This document shows positions 14,812 to 28,575 of a stretch of DNA of 32,000 nucleotides, in pieces (within the stretch, counting starts at the first letter, position 1; each line of letters begins with the position of its first letter). Both the position numbers and the translations under genes were made by a program. Origin of the DNA: Prochlorococcus marinus subsp. pastoris str. CCMP1986. Lineage in GTDB: Bacteria > Cyanobacteriota > Cyanobacteriia > PCC-6307 > Cyanobiaceae. The stretch is taken from contig NC_005072.1 of assembly GCF_000011465.1 (NCBI RefSeq), forward strand, positions 1,350,001 to 1,382,000, read 5' to 3'. The notes beneath the pieces are model-generated. The model saw only the letters and a list, made by a program, of their open reading frames with translations. It was not told the origin of the DNA and ran no database searches.

Positions 14812-15033
14812 TTAGCAGTCAGAAATACCATAAATAATGTCTGCGATAATGCAGTGATCTGATCCACTAGTTAGGTAGAAATCGTTTTGGACTAGGTTGT
14901 TTTTAATTTGCTCTTGGGTCATAAGATAACCATTATCTGCCTTAACTTGGCTTGGGCTTATTAGTGCGATTACCAATCCTGTACCAATTACTGATAAAGC
15001 AGTAAATTTCTTAAAAAGATTTGTTTTTTTCAT
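14812..15033 (-). CDS. Small secreted hypothetical protein
   Basis: MKKTNLFKKFTALSVIGTGLVIALISPSQVKA signal peptide; two Cys in the mature part. Confidence 0.6.
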   Translation of the reverse strand: MKKTNLFKKFTALSVIGTGLVIALISPSQVKADNGYLMTQEQIKNNLVQNDFYLTSGSDHCIIADIIYGISDC

Positions 15034-15185
15034 TTGACTAAATAAATTACGTTACATCTTTATGTTGTTCTGAATCTTATTTAGTGATTCCAATTCAGAA
15101 TCAATAAATTAATTAATAGTCATTAATAGATTATTGATTGGATTAGAGGTATTCACTATGATTCCTGTTAATTAACTCTTTATTT

Positions 15186-16526
15186 TTGAGAAGGTTTCTA
15201 CTCCCATTACTAGCTGCTCTCGCTCTACCTACTACTGTTAATGCAGCTAAAATTAACTGTAATTCTCCTGTTTGGAAAAATAAACCGCAATGCAAAAATG
15301 AATCTGTAAGAAAAAAGGTAAAAACAATACTTGATGAAGAAACAGGTTTAATGGTTATAGAAATGGAAGCAGATATACCTTGGAGATCGACATCTAATCC
15401 AAAAATTCCTTATAAAAATATAGTTAAGCTTACGTCGAGCTTTGACGGAAGTTCGGAATATGTTGTTTTTGATAGAGACTACATAAGAGGTGCATTTAGT
15501 AGATTTACTGTTTTAACTAAATGGAGTTCAGATTATTTAAGTGCAACATATTTTTTAGAAAATGATTGTTCCTATGTTTTTAATACATGTTTTGGTGGTA
15601 TTTCTGATTCTGGTGAATTAGATTCTCCAATTGAATTAAAATTCAATAACCGAAATTACACATTATATGGAGAGGATGGTCAATTCTCATTACCCAATGA
15701 TTTTATTGAACAAGTAAAAAATACAAGATCATATACCGGGCTCTCGGTAAGAGGTAACAATAGAATTATTCCTATCGGAGAAGTTACTGTTGAGAAATTA
15801 TCTGAGTTGTATAAAAAAGTTTTAAAAAAATGGACAATACCAGAAATTAACTTCAAAGCTAAAAATATAAAATTAAAACCATCAATTAAAGAGATAGCAG
15901 GAAATACACTTCCAAAAGTTGTGACTGTAAGGTCAAGCAGAGGTCAAGGTACGGGCTTTTTTATAAATGATGAGGGTTTACTAATTACAAATAGACATGT
16001 AATTGGCGCTGGAAAAAAAATTGATATCCAAATAGAAACTGCTACTGGATCAGAATTAACTGCGAAAACCATTTATGTAAGTAGAAAAGATGACTTTGCA
16101 ATTCTTAAGGTTCAAGGGGAGATTTTTCCCGAGGCTCTTCCAATTTGTTATGCAACCTATCCTACTGCTGGAGAAGAAGTAATAGCTATTGGTTCACCGA
16201 GGGGATTAACAAATACAATTACTAGAGGAATTGTAAGTGCATTTAGGAGATCAGGAAATTATTCAGAGGGTTTTGCTACAACTGGCACCTCATTAATACA
16301 AACTGATGCTGCAATAAATCCAGGTAATAGTGGTGGTCCTTTATTAAATGAGAATGGAGAAGTTATTGGTATAAATACTTTCGGAGCAACCTCATCTGGT
16401 GGGTCTCAAGGTTTAAATTTTGCTGTTTCAATGATTGATGTACTTCAGCAATTAAATGTTAGAAAACCTGATCTAAAAAATATAAATGAATCATCTATAA
16501 ATGAATGTGGAAATATTAAATTGTGA
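15186..16526 (+). CDS. Secreted trypsin-like serine protease (HtrA/Deg-type protease domain), TTG start
   Basis: Signal peptide MRRFLLPLLAALALPTTVNA (module A); GTGFFINDEGLLITNRHVI, DDFAILKV, TDAAINPGNSGGPLLNENGEVIGIN. Confidence 0.85.
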   Translation: MRRFLLPLLAALALPTTVNAAKINCNSPVWKNKPQCKNESVRKKVKTILDEETGLMVIEMEADIPWRSTSNPKIPYKNIVKLTSSFDGSSEYVVFDRDYIRGAFSRFTVLTKWSSDYLSATYFLENDCSYVFNTCFGGISDSGELDSPIELKFNNRNYTLYGEDGQFSLPNDFIEQVKNTRSYTGLSVRGNNRIIPIGEVTVEKLSELYKKVLKKWTIPEINFKAKNIKLKPSIKEIAGNTLPKVVTVRSSRGQGTGFFINDEGLLITNRHVIGAGKKIDIQIETATGSELTAKTIYVSRKDDFAILKVQGEIFPEALPICYATYPTAGEEVIAIGSPRGLTNTITRGIVSAFRRSGNYSEGFATTGTSLIQTDAAINPGNSGGPLLNENGEVIGINTFGATSSGGSQGLNFAVSMIDVLQQLNVRKPDLKNINESSINECGNIKL

Positions 16527-16746
16527 TTCTCCAGTTAGGGGAAATAAGCCTAGATGTAATTAATAAGGGATCTGCCGTCCAGCTATAGAAGCCCGCATCC
16601 AACCCCTATCTATTAAATTAATCAGCTCTAAACTTTTGGCAGAAATTTGTGAGGTGTCGTATTTACGTATAGGCAAAGATGATTACCCCCATGCCACCCC
16701 ATCGAAAACCACTCATAGATAACTAATCAATTAAAACTTAAAACAA

Positions 16747-17064
16747 ATGGACAGAACACAACAAATTAAGGATGCTCATCCTTGGCTTTCCTACGAAGAA
16801 GTAGTGAAGGTAATTCTCTATCATCATCATCAGGGTTCAATGTGGATTCATAACCTTCAGAGAGACAAGCTTGAGAGGTCGATGGAAGCGTTCACAAAGC
16901 TTCTTAAATCAAAGAGCATGAAAGCCCTTAAACCCTTTGTAGAGTACGTTCTAGGCGTCTACTACAGGGGTGTAGATAAGTATGGTAATCAGACAGAAGT
17001 AAACAAAGAGTCCTTCGAGAATAGATGGCATAAAGCAAGAACAATTTTACTAACAAGCAAATAA
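16747..17064 (+). CDS. Hypothetical protein
   Basis: 105-aa ORF with good composition; a related DNA fragment occurs at about 7203. Confidence 0.6.
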   Translation: MDRTQQIKDAHPWLSYEEVVKVILYHHHQGSMWIHNLQRDKLERSMEAFTKLLKSKSMKALKPFVEYVLGVYYRGVDKYGNQTEVNKESFENRWHKARTILLTSK

Positions 17065-17125
17065 GTTTATTGACCTCCAACCTTTACTAATGATATAAAT
17101 ATTAGTACACTTGTACTAACTAATC

Positions 17126-17356
17126 ATGGAGGACTGGCAGGAATGGGAATACTTCGATTATCACGGAGAACTGAGAAGCAAACGCACAAAGATTTGCATT
17201 ACTTGCACTCACTTTCGTTACAGCACGACAGATCAATGTGTAACTATCTTGACCTGTCCCTTTCACCAGAAGCTTATTCCTCAAGGAGATCATTTAGTTA
17301 AGGGCTGTACTTACTGGAGGAAAGATAGTCGAATATTTGCTCCAGAAGCAGCTTAA
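17126..17356 (+). CDS. Small Cys-rich hypothetical protein
   Basis: ICITCTHFRYSTTDQCVTILTCPFHQKLIPQGDHLVKGCTYW; several Cys/His suggest metal binding. Confidence 0.6.
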   Translation: MEDWQEWEYFDYHGELRSKRTKICITCTHFRYSTTDQCVTILTCPFHQKLIPQGDHLVKGCTYWRKDSRIFAPEAA

Positions 17357-17678
17357 GGATCTGGCACGTAGTTCAGTAGAGAGAGTATTAAACCTTTTCT
17401 ATAACTAGGTTTTATATCTCTAGCTGGTATAGATTATTAAAACTGCTGGTATAAAAGACTGTCTAACTCCTTAAAAAGCATTGCAAATACTGGGTTTATT
17501 GAACTCAGCAAAAAGTTTGCTCCAAGCGATCTGTTTCTATATTTTTCTAAACTTTCTTCGACCAACTATCTTCGATAAACTAAATAAAATGCTTTGGATT
17601 TAGCTGGCTTATGAAAAAGTTAACATAATGCCATACCAGCATCATACCAGCAGCACAATTTCCCGAAAATTATAGACT

Positions 17679-18140
17679 ATGACTGAACCTAACTACTGGC
17701 TAATGAAAAGTGAACCAGACGCTTACAGTATTGATACTTTAAAAAAAGATGGAGTTACTTTATGGGATGGCATCCGAAATTATCAGGCGCGCAATTTTAT
17801 GAGAAGAATGTCTCTTGGAGATAAAGTATTTTTTTACCATTCAAATTGCAAACCTCCTGGAATAGTTGGATTTATGGAGGTTATCGATCTAAATATTATT
17901 GACCCAACTCAATTCCAAAAAGAATCTAAATATTATGATCCTAAATCAAGTCAAGAGGAACCAAGATGGGATTGTGTGAAAGTCAAATATCTATTTAAAG
18001 CAAATAAATTTTTAAGCTTAACTGAATTAAAAATTTTATTTAATGAGGAGGAACTGTTATTAGTTAAGAAAGGTAATAGATTATCTATTATTCCAATAAA
18101 AAAAGAAATAGCTAAATTGATCTTAGAGAAAATTAAATAA
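17679..18140 (+). CDS. EVE-domain protein
   Basis: YWLMKSEPDAYSIDTL...WDGIRNYQARNFMR.M..GDKVFFYHSNCKPPGIVG.MEV. Confidence 0.92.
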   Translation: MTEPNYWLMKSEPDAYSIDTLKKDGVTLWDGIRNYQARNFMRRMSLGDKVFFYHSNCKPPGIVGFMEVIDLNIIDPTQFQKESKYYDPKSSQEEPRWDCVKVKYLFKANKFLSLTELKILFNEEELLLVKKGNRLSIIPIKKEIAKLILEKIK

Positions 18141-18153
18141 AGTTAATTCTTGA

Positions 18154-18405
18154 TTAGTTATCAAAATCCATAGAAAACATTTTACCTATATAAAGCCTTG
18201 TGAGATCCCTATTTTGAAATCCTTTTTGCATCAAAAAGCCAGCAATTGCTGCTTGTAAGATTCTATATTGATCCCAATTAGGATGTTCCTCAACAAATTT
18301 ATTCATAGCTTGTTGAAGGTTTTCATGAAGGTCACATTTAAAGCTAATTATTTCTTCTTTATTGTTGATATTTTTTTGTTTAACATCACAATTTAATTCT
18401 TGCAT
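18154..18405 (-). CDS. DUF2811-like cyanobacterial protein
   Basis: SFKCDLHENLQQAMNKFVEEHPNWDQYRILQAAIAGFLMQKG. Confidence 0.65.
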   Translation of the reverse strand: MQELNCDVKQKNINNKEEIISFKCDLHENLQQAMNKFVEEHPNWDQYRILQAAIAGFLMQKGFQNRDLTRLYIGKMFSMDFDN

Positions 18406-18720
18406 AATTCAAATAGGGGGAAAAGATCAATAGGGCATGGGATCAGTTTTCTCTAAAAAAAGTAAATAGTCAACTTTTTAATATTTATATATGTCTCATT
18501 CGTATTAGAGATGAGACCCCTTAAGAAGACTAAGTTTCTATAGAAATTTGTCTGAATAACATAAATCTCATTAAGTAATATAAAAATTGCTTAAAATTAC
18601 AAGTTTTCCACATAAGGTTGATCTGCAAATATTTTTTTAGAAATTAGCTGTGGAAAAGATGTTAAAAAAGATTTTTAGATCGGGGAATTTTTTCAAAAAA
18701 TTTCCAATTTAATTAATTTT

Positions 18721-19092
18721 TCAATCCATTGATTCCCACATTTTTTTTATTTCATAAAATAAATTTTCAGCTATTGGTATAGGCCAATACATTTCAAATG
18801 ATCGAGTTTGTTCTGAGCTTTCAAATATTAGTCTTAAATTCCATCCATATTTTTTACCCTCCAATTCTGCGTACCAGGGTAATTGTTCTATTTCTAAATT
18901 AATAAACTCTTCGTCCATTAATTCATCCTTTATTTCCAACAATTGATTATTCAGTTTTATAAGTAATTTATATAGCAATTCGAATTCATGTTTCTGTAAC
19001 TCAATAGCCCAATTATTTACACCAATCAAAAAACAAAATTTACCTTTTTTAGTATCTTTAATTAATCTCCAATTATTTTCTTCAAATGACAA
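18721..19092 (-). CDS. DUF1818-like cyanobacterial protein
   Basis: NNWRLIKDTKKGKFCFLIGVNNWAIELQKHEFELLYKLL...WPIP. Confidence 0.65.
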   Translation of the reverse strand: MSFEENNWRLIKDTKKGKFCFLIGVNNWAIELQKHEFELLYKLLIKLNNQLLEIKDELMDEEFINLEIEQLPWYAELEGKKYGWNLRLIFESSEQTRSFEMYWPIPIAENLFYEIKKMWESMD

Positions 19093-19094
19093 AG

Positions 19095-19331
19095 CTAACC
19101 TGGAAGTAAATCTGGTTGATCTTGTTCATCGCTTAATTCAATAATTGATCTTTGAACTGGTTTAATAGCTGATTCTTCTAATAAACCATCAAAATCGTCA
19201 AACCTTCTTTGTTTAGCTCTAAAAGCAATTCTTACAGTTGTTAAGTATCTATTTGTAGATTTCCTTATTAAACTTTCGCCTCTTTTTGCAAGATCATTAT
19301 GATCCATATTGGAATTATTCGATACGTTCAT
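19095..19331 (-). CDS. rpoZ: RNA polymerase omega subunit
   Basis: Cyanobacterial omega: [30 protein letters not shown] and position beside the DUF1818 gene. Confidence 0.85.
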   Translation of the reverse strand: MNVSNNSNMDHNDLAKRGESLIRKSTNRYLTTVRIAFRAKQRRFDDFDGLLEESAIKPVQRSIIELSDEQDQPDLLPG

Positions 19332-19432
19332 AAAAAAATATTTTTAAATATACAATATAGTTTACATTAATATTAACATCATTAAAATTATAAATTTTCA
19401 AACGAACTTAAAAAAATAATAAGAAATCTGTT

Positions 19433-20998
19433 ATGGAAAATAATTGTTCAGGAACCCTTGCTCTTGATTTAGGAAATACTAATACTGTATTAGCTTTTCA
19501 AGCGGAGAAAGATAGAGATTTTATTTTAATAGAAATACCAGGTATTACGTCTTCTCCTGGAGTCATCCCATCAGTAGTTTGGTTCGAAGGTGGAGATAAT
19601 GTTGGAAGGATAGGATTATCTGCATTGAAAAAGAAAAATTTATCTTATTCAGAAAAATATTTTCATTCAAATTTTAAAAGATTAATTGGTAATCCTATTG
19701 AAAGGCAAAAAAAGAAAGTTTTAAGTCCCATAGAATCAGGTGAAAAATTTTTCAAAATTCTTTGGGAAAACATTCCACTAGAATTTAACATTAAAAGGCT
19801 GGTTTTAACAGCCCCAATTGACACTTATAAGGGTTACAGAAAGTGGTTAATAAGTCTATGTGAAAGTTTACCTATTAATGAGGTAGCACTTGTTGATGAA
19901 CCAACTGCAGCCGGGATAGGAATGAATGTTCCACTAGGTTCAATTATTATGATTATCGATATTGGTGGGAGTACTATCGATATGAGCGTAATCAAAACAC
20001 AAGGTGGGGAAGGTAAATCTGCACCTATTGCAGAACTATTAAAGTTCCAAGGAAAGGATGTAAGTGCAATATCAAAGCAAAAATTAAGATGTGCTGAAAT
20101 AATAAGCAAATCGGGTTCAAAAGTCGGAGGTAAAGATATAGATCAGTGGATTGTTAATTACTTTTTACCATCAAATCAAGATGAGAGGAATTTTTCCATA
20201 GCAGAAAAATTAAAATGTAAGCTTAGTGGCCAAGAAATTGAATCTGAGAGAAAATACCTTATCTCTTTATTTACAGCAGAGAACGAAGAAAAAGAATTTT
20301 TCATTAGTAAAGAAATTTTTGAAAAGATTATGATGCAGAATAATCTTTTGAGTCACTTAAATTCCCTACTTAAGGATTTATTAAATGAGGCTAGAGGAAA
20401 ATTTTTTAATTTAGATGATTTAAACTCTGTGATTTTGGTTGGAGGAGGAACACAAATTCCATTAATAAAAAAGTGGATCACTAATAAGATGTCAGGAATA
20501 CAAATCAATTCTCCACCACCGATTGAATCAATAGCAATTGGAGCTCTTGCTATGACTCCTGGAGTAAAGATTAAAGATATCTTAATTAAAGGCTTATCAA
20601 TTAGATTATTTAATAAAAGAGAACAAAAACATTTCTGGCATCCAATTTTTTATAAAGGGCAAACATGGCCTACAGAAAAACCATTTGAGTTAATTCTTCA
20701 AGCCAGTAAAGATGGTCAGAACATTTTCGAGATAATTATTGGAGAAACTAAAACGAAGAGAAATTTTGATGTAATTTTTGAGAATGGATTACCAAAGTTA
20801 TCAGAATCTCAAAATGAAGAAGAGGTTTTTAAATGGAATAAAAAACCTCTTCAAATAAATGTGAACAATGAGTGTAAAATTGGAGAAGATAGCTTAAAAC
20901 TTTATTTCAGCATTAAAAAGGATTCATCTCTTTATCTCAGATGTCTAGATATTTATGAAAAAGAATTAGGTGTATTTAATTTAGGAAATATCTTTTAA
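19433..20998 (+). CDS. Hsp70/DnaK-like ATPase
   Basis: ALDLGNTNTVLAF, VLTAPIDTYKGYR, VDEPTAAGIGMNVP, IMIIDIGGSTIDMS, VILVGGGTQIPLIKKWI. Confidence 0.9.
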   Translation: MENNCSGTLALDLGNTNTVLAFQAEKDRDFILIEIPGITSSPGVIPSVVWFEGGDNVGRIGLSALKKKNLSYSEKYFHSNFKRLIGNPIERQKKKVLSPIESGEKFFKILWENIPLEFNIKRLVLTAPIDTYKGYRKWLISLCESLPINEVALVDEPTAAGIGMNVPLGSIIMIIDIGGSTIDMSVIKTQGGEGKSAPIAELLKFQGKDVSAISKQKLRCAEIISKSGSKVGGKDIDQWIVNYFLPSNQDERNFSIAEKLKCKLSGQEIESERKYLISLFTAENEEKEFFISKEIFEKIMMQNNLLSHLNSLLKDLLNEARGKFFNLDDLNSVILVGGGTQIPLIKKWITNKMSGIQINSPPPIESIAIGALAMTPGVKIKDILIKGLSIRLFNKREQKHFWHPIFYKGQTWPTEKPFELILQASKDGQNIFEIIIGETKTKRNFDVIFENGLPKLSESQNEEEVFKWNKKPLQINVNNECKIGEDSLKLYFSIKKDSSLYLRCLDIYEKELGVFNLGNIF

Positions 20999-21537
20999 AT
21001 TTTATCCAAGTAGACACCATCTTCTCCATCAACTTCTTTTAAACTTAAATAAACAATTTCCTTTTTGCTAGTCGGAACTTTTCTTCCGCAAAAATCAGGC
21101 TGAATTGGTAATTCTCTATGACCTCTATCAATCATTACCAATAACATAATACTTTTTGGTCTTCCCCATAAAAGAAGAGCCTCAATTGCAGCTCGAATTG
21201 TTCTTCCTGTATAAATGACATCATCAATTAAAACAATATCTTTTTTTTCTATAGATGTAGGAAAATCAGTTGCCTCTATTAAACGAGTTCCAACTCTATT
21301 TTGATCATCTCTATAAAAAGTTGGGTCAATTATTCCTTTTTTTACATCAACGCCTGTTTTATCCAACATTTCTTTTCTCAAAACTTCAGCGAGATGAACT
21401 CCTCTCGTAGGGATACCAACCAATAAGAGATTTTCTAAATTTGAGATCTTTTCTATAATTTCGAAAGTTAGTCTAGAGAAAGTTTTTCTTAGCTCATCTT
21501 CAGTAAGTATTATGATTTTTTTATCTGGTTTGGACAT
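20995..21537 (-). CDS. pyrR: Bifunctional pyr operon regulator/uracil phosphoribosyltransferase-like
   Basis: GIPTRGVHLAEVLRKEM, VLIDDVIYTGRTIRAAIEAL, RPKSIMLLVMIDRGHRELPIQPDFCGRKVPTS. Confidence 0.95.
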   Translation of the reverse strand: MSKPDKKIIILTEDELRKTFSRLTFEIIEKISNLENLLLVGIPTRGVHLAEVLRKEMLDKTGVDVKKGIIDPTFYRDDQNRVGTRLIEATDFPTSIEKKDIVLIDDVIYTGRTIRAAIEALLLWGRPKSIMLLVMIDRGHRELPIQPDFCGRKVPTSKKEIVYLSLKEVDGEDGVYLDKI

Positions 21538-21676
21538 GATTCATCTAAAAATTAACTTTATTCAATATCCTTAATAAATTAGCAAAAGCTAACTAAATTA
21601 CATATAAATTGTATGGAACAGCTTTTACGGCTAAATTAAAGATTACTTCTTTAAAACCATGCATTTTAATTAAGAG

Positions 21677-23299
21677 ATGTCAAAGTTTAGCAGCAAGAAT
21701 ATAAATAAAACAAAAGTTCCTGAGAGTCCAGTGGTTCTAGCAATTCTGGACGGATGGGGACATCGTGAAGAGAATTTAGATAATGCCATAAAAAATGCCA
21801 ATACTCCTATAATGGATTCTTTATGGCACGCTTATCCTCATACTCTTATTAATGCGAGCGGAGCTGATGTAGGTTTACCCAATGGTCAAATGGGTAATTC
21901 CGAAGTAGGGCATCTCACGATTGGATCAGGGAGAATCATTCAACAAGAACTTGTAAGAATTACAAATGTTGTGAAAAACAACCAATTAACTCAAGTAAAT
22001 GAGTTAAAGGAAATGGCTAATTCAATTAAGAAAAAAAAGGGTACCTTACACATAACTGGTCTATGTTCAGATGGAGGGGTTCATAGCCACATTGATCACT
22101 TATTAGGATTAATAAAATGGGCTTCAGAAGAACATATAGAAAAAGTAGCTATTCACATTATTACCGATGGTAGAGATACTCCAGCAAAAAGTGCTTATAA
22201 ATACATAAGACAAATAGAAGATTGCATAAAGAAATTTAAAGTAGGAGAAATAGCATCTATATGCGGAAGATATTGGATAATGGATAGAAATTTAATATGG
22301 GAAAGAACAGAAAAAGCTTTTGTAAATTTAACTGATCCAAATGGCAAAAAAATTGACATTTCCCCTGCAGATTATTTAAATAAAAGTTATAACGCAAATA
22401 TTACAGATGAATTCTTAGAGCCTATAAGAATATCTAAAGACTTTTTAAAAGATGAAGATAGTTTAATTTGTTTTAACTTCCGACCTGATAGGGCCAGACA
22501 AATAATAAAAGCTCTTTCGGAAAAAGAATTTGATAATTTTAAAAGAAAAAGTATCCCTGATGTAGATATATTAACTTTCACTCAATACGAAGCAAATTTA
22601 CCAGTTAAAATAGCTTTTCCTCCTGAGTCTCTCAATAACTTTATTGGCCAAATAGTTTCAGAAAATGGACTTAAGCAATACAGAACAGCAGAGACCGAAA
22701 AATATCCACATGTTACTTATTTTTTTAATGGAGGAGTAGAAGTCCCCTCGCCAGGAGAACAAAGACATTTAATTCCTTCGCCAAGAGTTGCAACTTATGA
22801 TATGGCACCGGAAATGTCTGCCGAAGAATTAACTATTAGTTGCTCAAATGCTATAAAAACTGGACAGTATTCTTTTGTAGTTATAAATTTTGCTAATCCT
22901 GACATGGTTGGACATACAGGTAATATGGCCGCAGCTATAAAGGCCATCGAAACCGTCGATAGATGTATAGGTAAGATAGTAAATGCTACAGGAGAAATGG
23001 GAGGCAGTATTCTTATTACTGCAGATCATGGCAATGCTGAACTGATGAAAGGTCCTGATGGAGAACCCTGGACAGCTCACACTATTAATAAAGTCCCCTT
23101 AATTTTTATTGAAGGTGAGAAAAGAAAAATTCCAAATATGGGAAATGAGATTTATTTGAGAGAAAATGCTGGATTAGCAGATATTGCTCCAACATTATTG
23201 CAATTATTAAATCTTCCTATTCCAAAAGAGATGACAGGAAAATCACTTATTAAAGAAATCGAATTAAAAGGATTTAATAAAGTCGTTCAACATGTTTAA
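21677..23299 (+). CDS. gpmI: 2,3-bisphosphoglycerate-independent phosphoglycerate mutase
   Basis: [52 protein letters not shown]. Confidence 0.97.
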   Translation: MSKFSSKNINKTKVPESPVVLAILDGWGHREENLDNAIKNANTPIMDSLWHAYPHTLINASGADVGLPNGQMGNSEVGHLTIGSGRIIQQELVRITNVVKNNQLTQVNELKEMANSIKKKKGTLHITGLCSDGGVHSHIDHLLGLIKWASEEHIEKVAIHIITDGRDTPAKSAYKYIRQIEDCIKKFKVGEIASICGRYWIMDRNLIWERTEKAFVNLTDPNGKKIDISPADYLNKSYNANITDEFLEPIRISKDFLKDEDSLICFNFRPDRARQIIKALSEKEFDNFKRKSIPDVDILTFTQYEANLPVKIAFPPESLNNFIGQIVSENGLKQYRTAETEKYPHVTYFFNGGVEVPSPGEQRHLIPSPRVATYDMAPEMSAEELTISCSNAIKTGQYSFVVINFANPDMVGHTGNMAAAIKAIETVDRCIGKIVNATGEMGGSILITADHGNAELMKGPDGEPWTAHTINKVPLIFIEGEKRKIPNMGNEIYLRENAGLADIAPTLLQLLNLPIPKEMTGKSLIKEIELKGFNKVVQHV

Positions 23300-23324
23300 A
23301 TTAGATATATAACAAATACAAAAT

Positions 23325-23549
23325 ATGAGTCAAATATTTACTTGGATATGGGTTAGTTCTGGAATACTACTAATACTTTTAGTTCTACTTCATAGTCCCA
23401 AAGGCGATGGTATGGGAGGAATAGCAGCTAGTGGAAGCTCAATGTTTACTAGCGCCAGCAGCGCTGAAGCATCCCTAAACAAAATAACATGGACCATTTT
23501 AATTATATTTTTATCTCTCGCAATCATTCTTAGTGCAGGTTGGATATAG
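23325..23549 (+). CDS. secG: Preprotein translocase subunit SecG
   Basis: VLLHSPKGDGMGGI...ASSAEASLNKITW, two TM segments. Confidence 0.9.
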   Translation: MSQIFTWIWVSSGILLILLVLLHSPKGDGMGGIAASGSSMFTSASSAEASLNKITWTILIIFLSLAIILSAGWI

Positions 23550-23639
23550 AAATATTCAATTTAACTATCTTTAAAATAAATCAATAAATAAGAAAGGGAT
23601 TGTCAAAACAATCCCTTTAAAACTAAAAATTTTAGTTAT

Positions 23640-25301
<1,662 letters not shown>

Positions 25302-25325
25302 TTAATAATTTTTGAAACAAATAAA

Positions 25326-25637
25326 TTAGCCAACTACAGCTAATATATCCTTTTCTGAAAGTAAGACGTACTCATCTCCTCCCAATTTGATGTCAGTTCC
25401 AGCATATTTGCTGTATAAGACTTTATCGCCAATACTCACTTCGGGAGTTTGTCGAGAACCATCGTCGTTGAGCTTCCCAGGGCCGACCTGAGCAACTTCT
25501 CCTACCTGTGGTTTTTCTTTAGCTGAGTCGGGCAAAAGGATGCCACCAGCAGTTTTTTCCTCAGATTCGGAAACTTTGATAAATATTCTATCTCCCAGTG
25601 GTTTGACTGTAGAGACTGTAAGTGAAACAGCTGCCAT
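25326..25637 (-). CDS. groS: Co-chaperonin GroES
   Basis: [41 protein letters not shown]. Confidence 0.98.
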   Translation of the reverse strand: MAAVSLTVSTVKPLGDRIFIKVSESEEKTAGGILLPDSAKEKPQVGEVAQVGPGKLNDDGSRQTPEVSIGDKVLYSKYAGTDIKLGGDEYVLLSEKDILAVVG

Positions 25638-25854
25638 AGATTAATGGTGGATCATAAATGCGACGCAATGCGTCAAAAGTCTGGTGAGAGTATTACTCAA
25701 ACCGTATGGTAAATAACATAATCTGTTAAGCAGCAATTAAACCACTCTTTAACTGTGCGGTTGGCCGAACCCAGTTAACGAATATACCCTCGGGATGGTA
25801 ATATTTCGCATTATGAGCTGTTCTAAAATCAGCTAATCCTCACCAAGTCAATAA

Positions 25855-27318
<1,464 letters not shown>

Positions 27319-27366
27319 ATTATCAACTTTCATAAATAATTTTAATCTCTTTAAAAATTTAAATTC

Positions 27367-27771
27367 ATGGCAATTTCACTCAAGGTTTTAGCTCCAAATC
27401 AGAATGTTTACGAAGGTGATGCTGAAGAGGTAATTCTTCCAAGCACCACTGGTCAAATTGGGGTACTCCCTGGACATATATCTTTAGTAACGGCTATCGA
27501 TATTGGTGTCTTAAGACTAAGAATGAATTCCAAATGGAAATCTATAGCTTTAATGGGTGGCTTTGCTGAAATAGAGTCAGATGAAGTTATAGTTCTTGTT
27601 AACAGCGCTGAAATTGGGTCCGAAATTAATATCCAAAATGCTGAAGATGCTCTTAAAAAAGCAAAATCCGCAATTAGTAAATTTCCCGAAAATGAGAAAA
27701 GCTCAGAAAAGATTAAAGCCCTTAATGAAGTCTCAAAAGCTGAGGCAAGAATTCAAGCTTCAAAAAACTAA
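27367..27771 (+). CDS. atpC: ATP synthase epsilon subunit
   Basis: [44 protein letters not shown]; directly follows the beta subunit. Confidence 0.97.
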
Positions 27772-27774
27772 ATT

Positions 27775-28251
27775 TTAAGCAGTCCCACAGAAAGCGACTT
27801 CAGGAAATTTAAGCTTTGCTTCTTCCAATTTTTTCGTTTTACCTTCTTCTTGCCAGTAATTAATTACTTCAGTAGCTTTATTCAATATTTCAACTCTTTC
27901 ATTATCTGTAATCCAACTTTTATTCTCTAATTCGCTCTTTAATTTTTCCCATGCGTCATCTCTTGGCCAAAAATAGTAAGCAGTTAATGGACTTGAACCT
28001 CCTCCAACTATTTGATCTACTGCCAATGCGACATTATCAGGTAACCATAAGATTTTGATAATAAATCTACCCTCATCTGGTTTTGGAGTATAGCCTGTGG
28101 GAACTCCATCTTCATCAATTTTAGCAGCCGCTAAAACGGCGTTTGCTCCCATCATCCCTGCATTTGGTGAGGTTATTTTTGATTTTTGAGAAACATTTTT
28201 TTGTTCTTGCTGCTCCTTAGCATTCTCATTACCCTTATCTGATGAAGTCAT
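27775..28251 (-). CDS. PSRP-3/Ycf65-like 30S ribosomal protein, with an extended N-terminus
   Basis: [47 protein letters not shown]...W...[17 protein letters not shown]. Confidence 0.85.
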   Translation of the reverse strand: MTSSDKGNENAKEQQEQKNVSQKSKITSPNAGMMGANAVLAAAKIDEDGVPTGYTPKPDEGRFIIKILWLPDNVALAVDQIVGGGSSPLTAYYFWPRDDAWEKLKSELENKSWITDNERVEILNKATEVINYWQEEGKTKKLEEAKLKFPEVAFCGTA

Positions 28252-28359
28252 TCAGTAATATTAGATTTATTTTTATAATTTATCAGTTAATGGTCACTAA
28301 TTGATCATTTTGATCAAAAATTCTTGCTTTTATTTATTGATTATCACTAAAAGTTAATC

Positions 28360-28518
28360 TTATCTTTCTCTTGATACTTCATAAAAATCATAAATTTTTG
28401 CCTCTAAAGAATCCCAAAGATCTTTAGGAATATCATTTTCTTCTGCAAACATTCCAAGTTGACTAGCCAAGCCTCTTGCTTGAGATAATTTAGAATCATA
28501 AGAACTAGTTTTATCCAT
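28360..28518 (-). CDS. Small hypothetical protein, 52 aa; absent from the ORF track
   Basis: MDKTSSYDSKLSQARGLASQLGMFAEENDIPKDLWDSLEAKIYDFYEVSRER*. Confidence 0.6.
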   Translation of the reverse strand: MDKTSSYDSKLSQARGLASQLGMFAEENDIPKDLWDSLEAKIYDFYEVSRER

Positions 28519-28575
28519 GTTAAAATTTTTAATTATCTTAAAAAATTAAATCTATTAACTGTAAAAGTCAAATAT

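Noticed and set aside
1-17600. Integron, phage or classical transposon explanation for the accessory part
   Set aside because: No recognisable integrase, transposase, tRNA-bounded integration site or phage structural genes in the window; the cassette idea for modules A/B remains a hypothesis.
19834-20109. 91-aa minus-strand ORF
   Set aside because: Antisense within the Hsp70-like ATPase.
22387-23080. Minus-strand ORFs 22387..22581 and 22844..23080
   Set aside because: Antisense within gpmI.
27596-27778. 60-aa plus-strand ORF
   Set aside because: Alternate frame of atpC.
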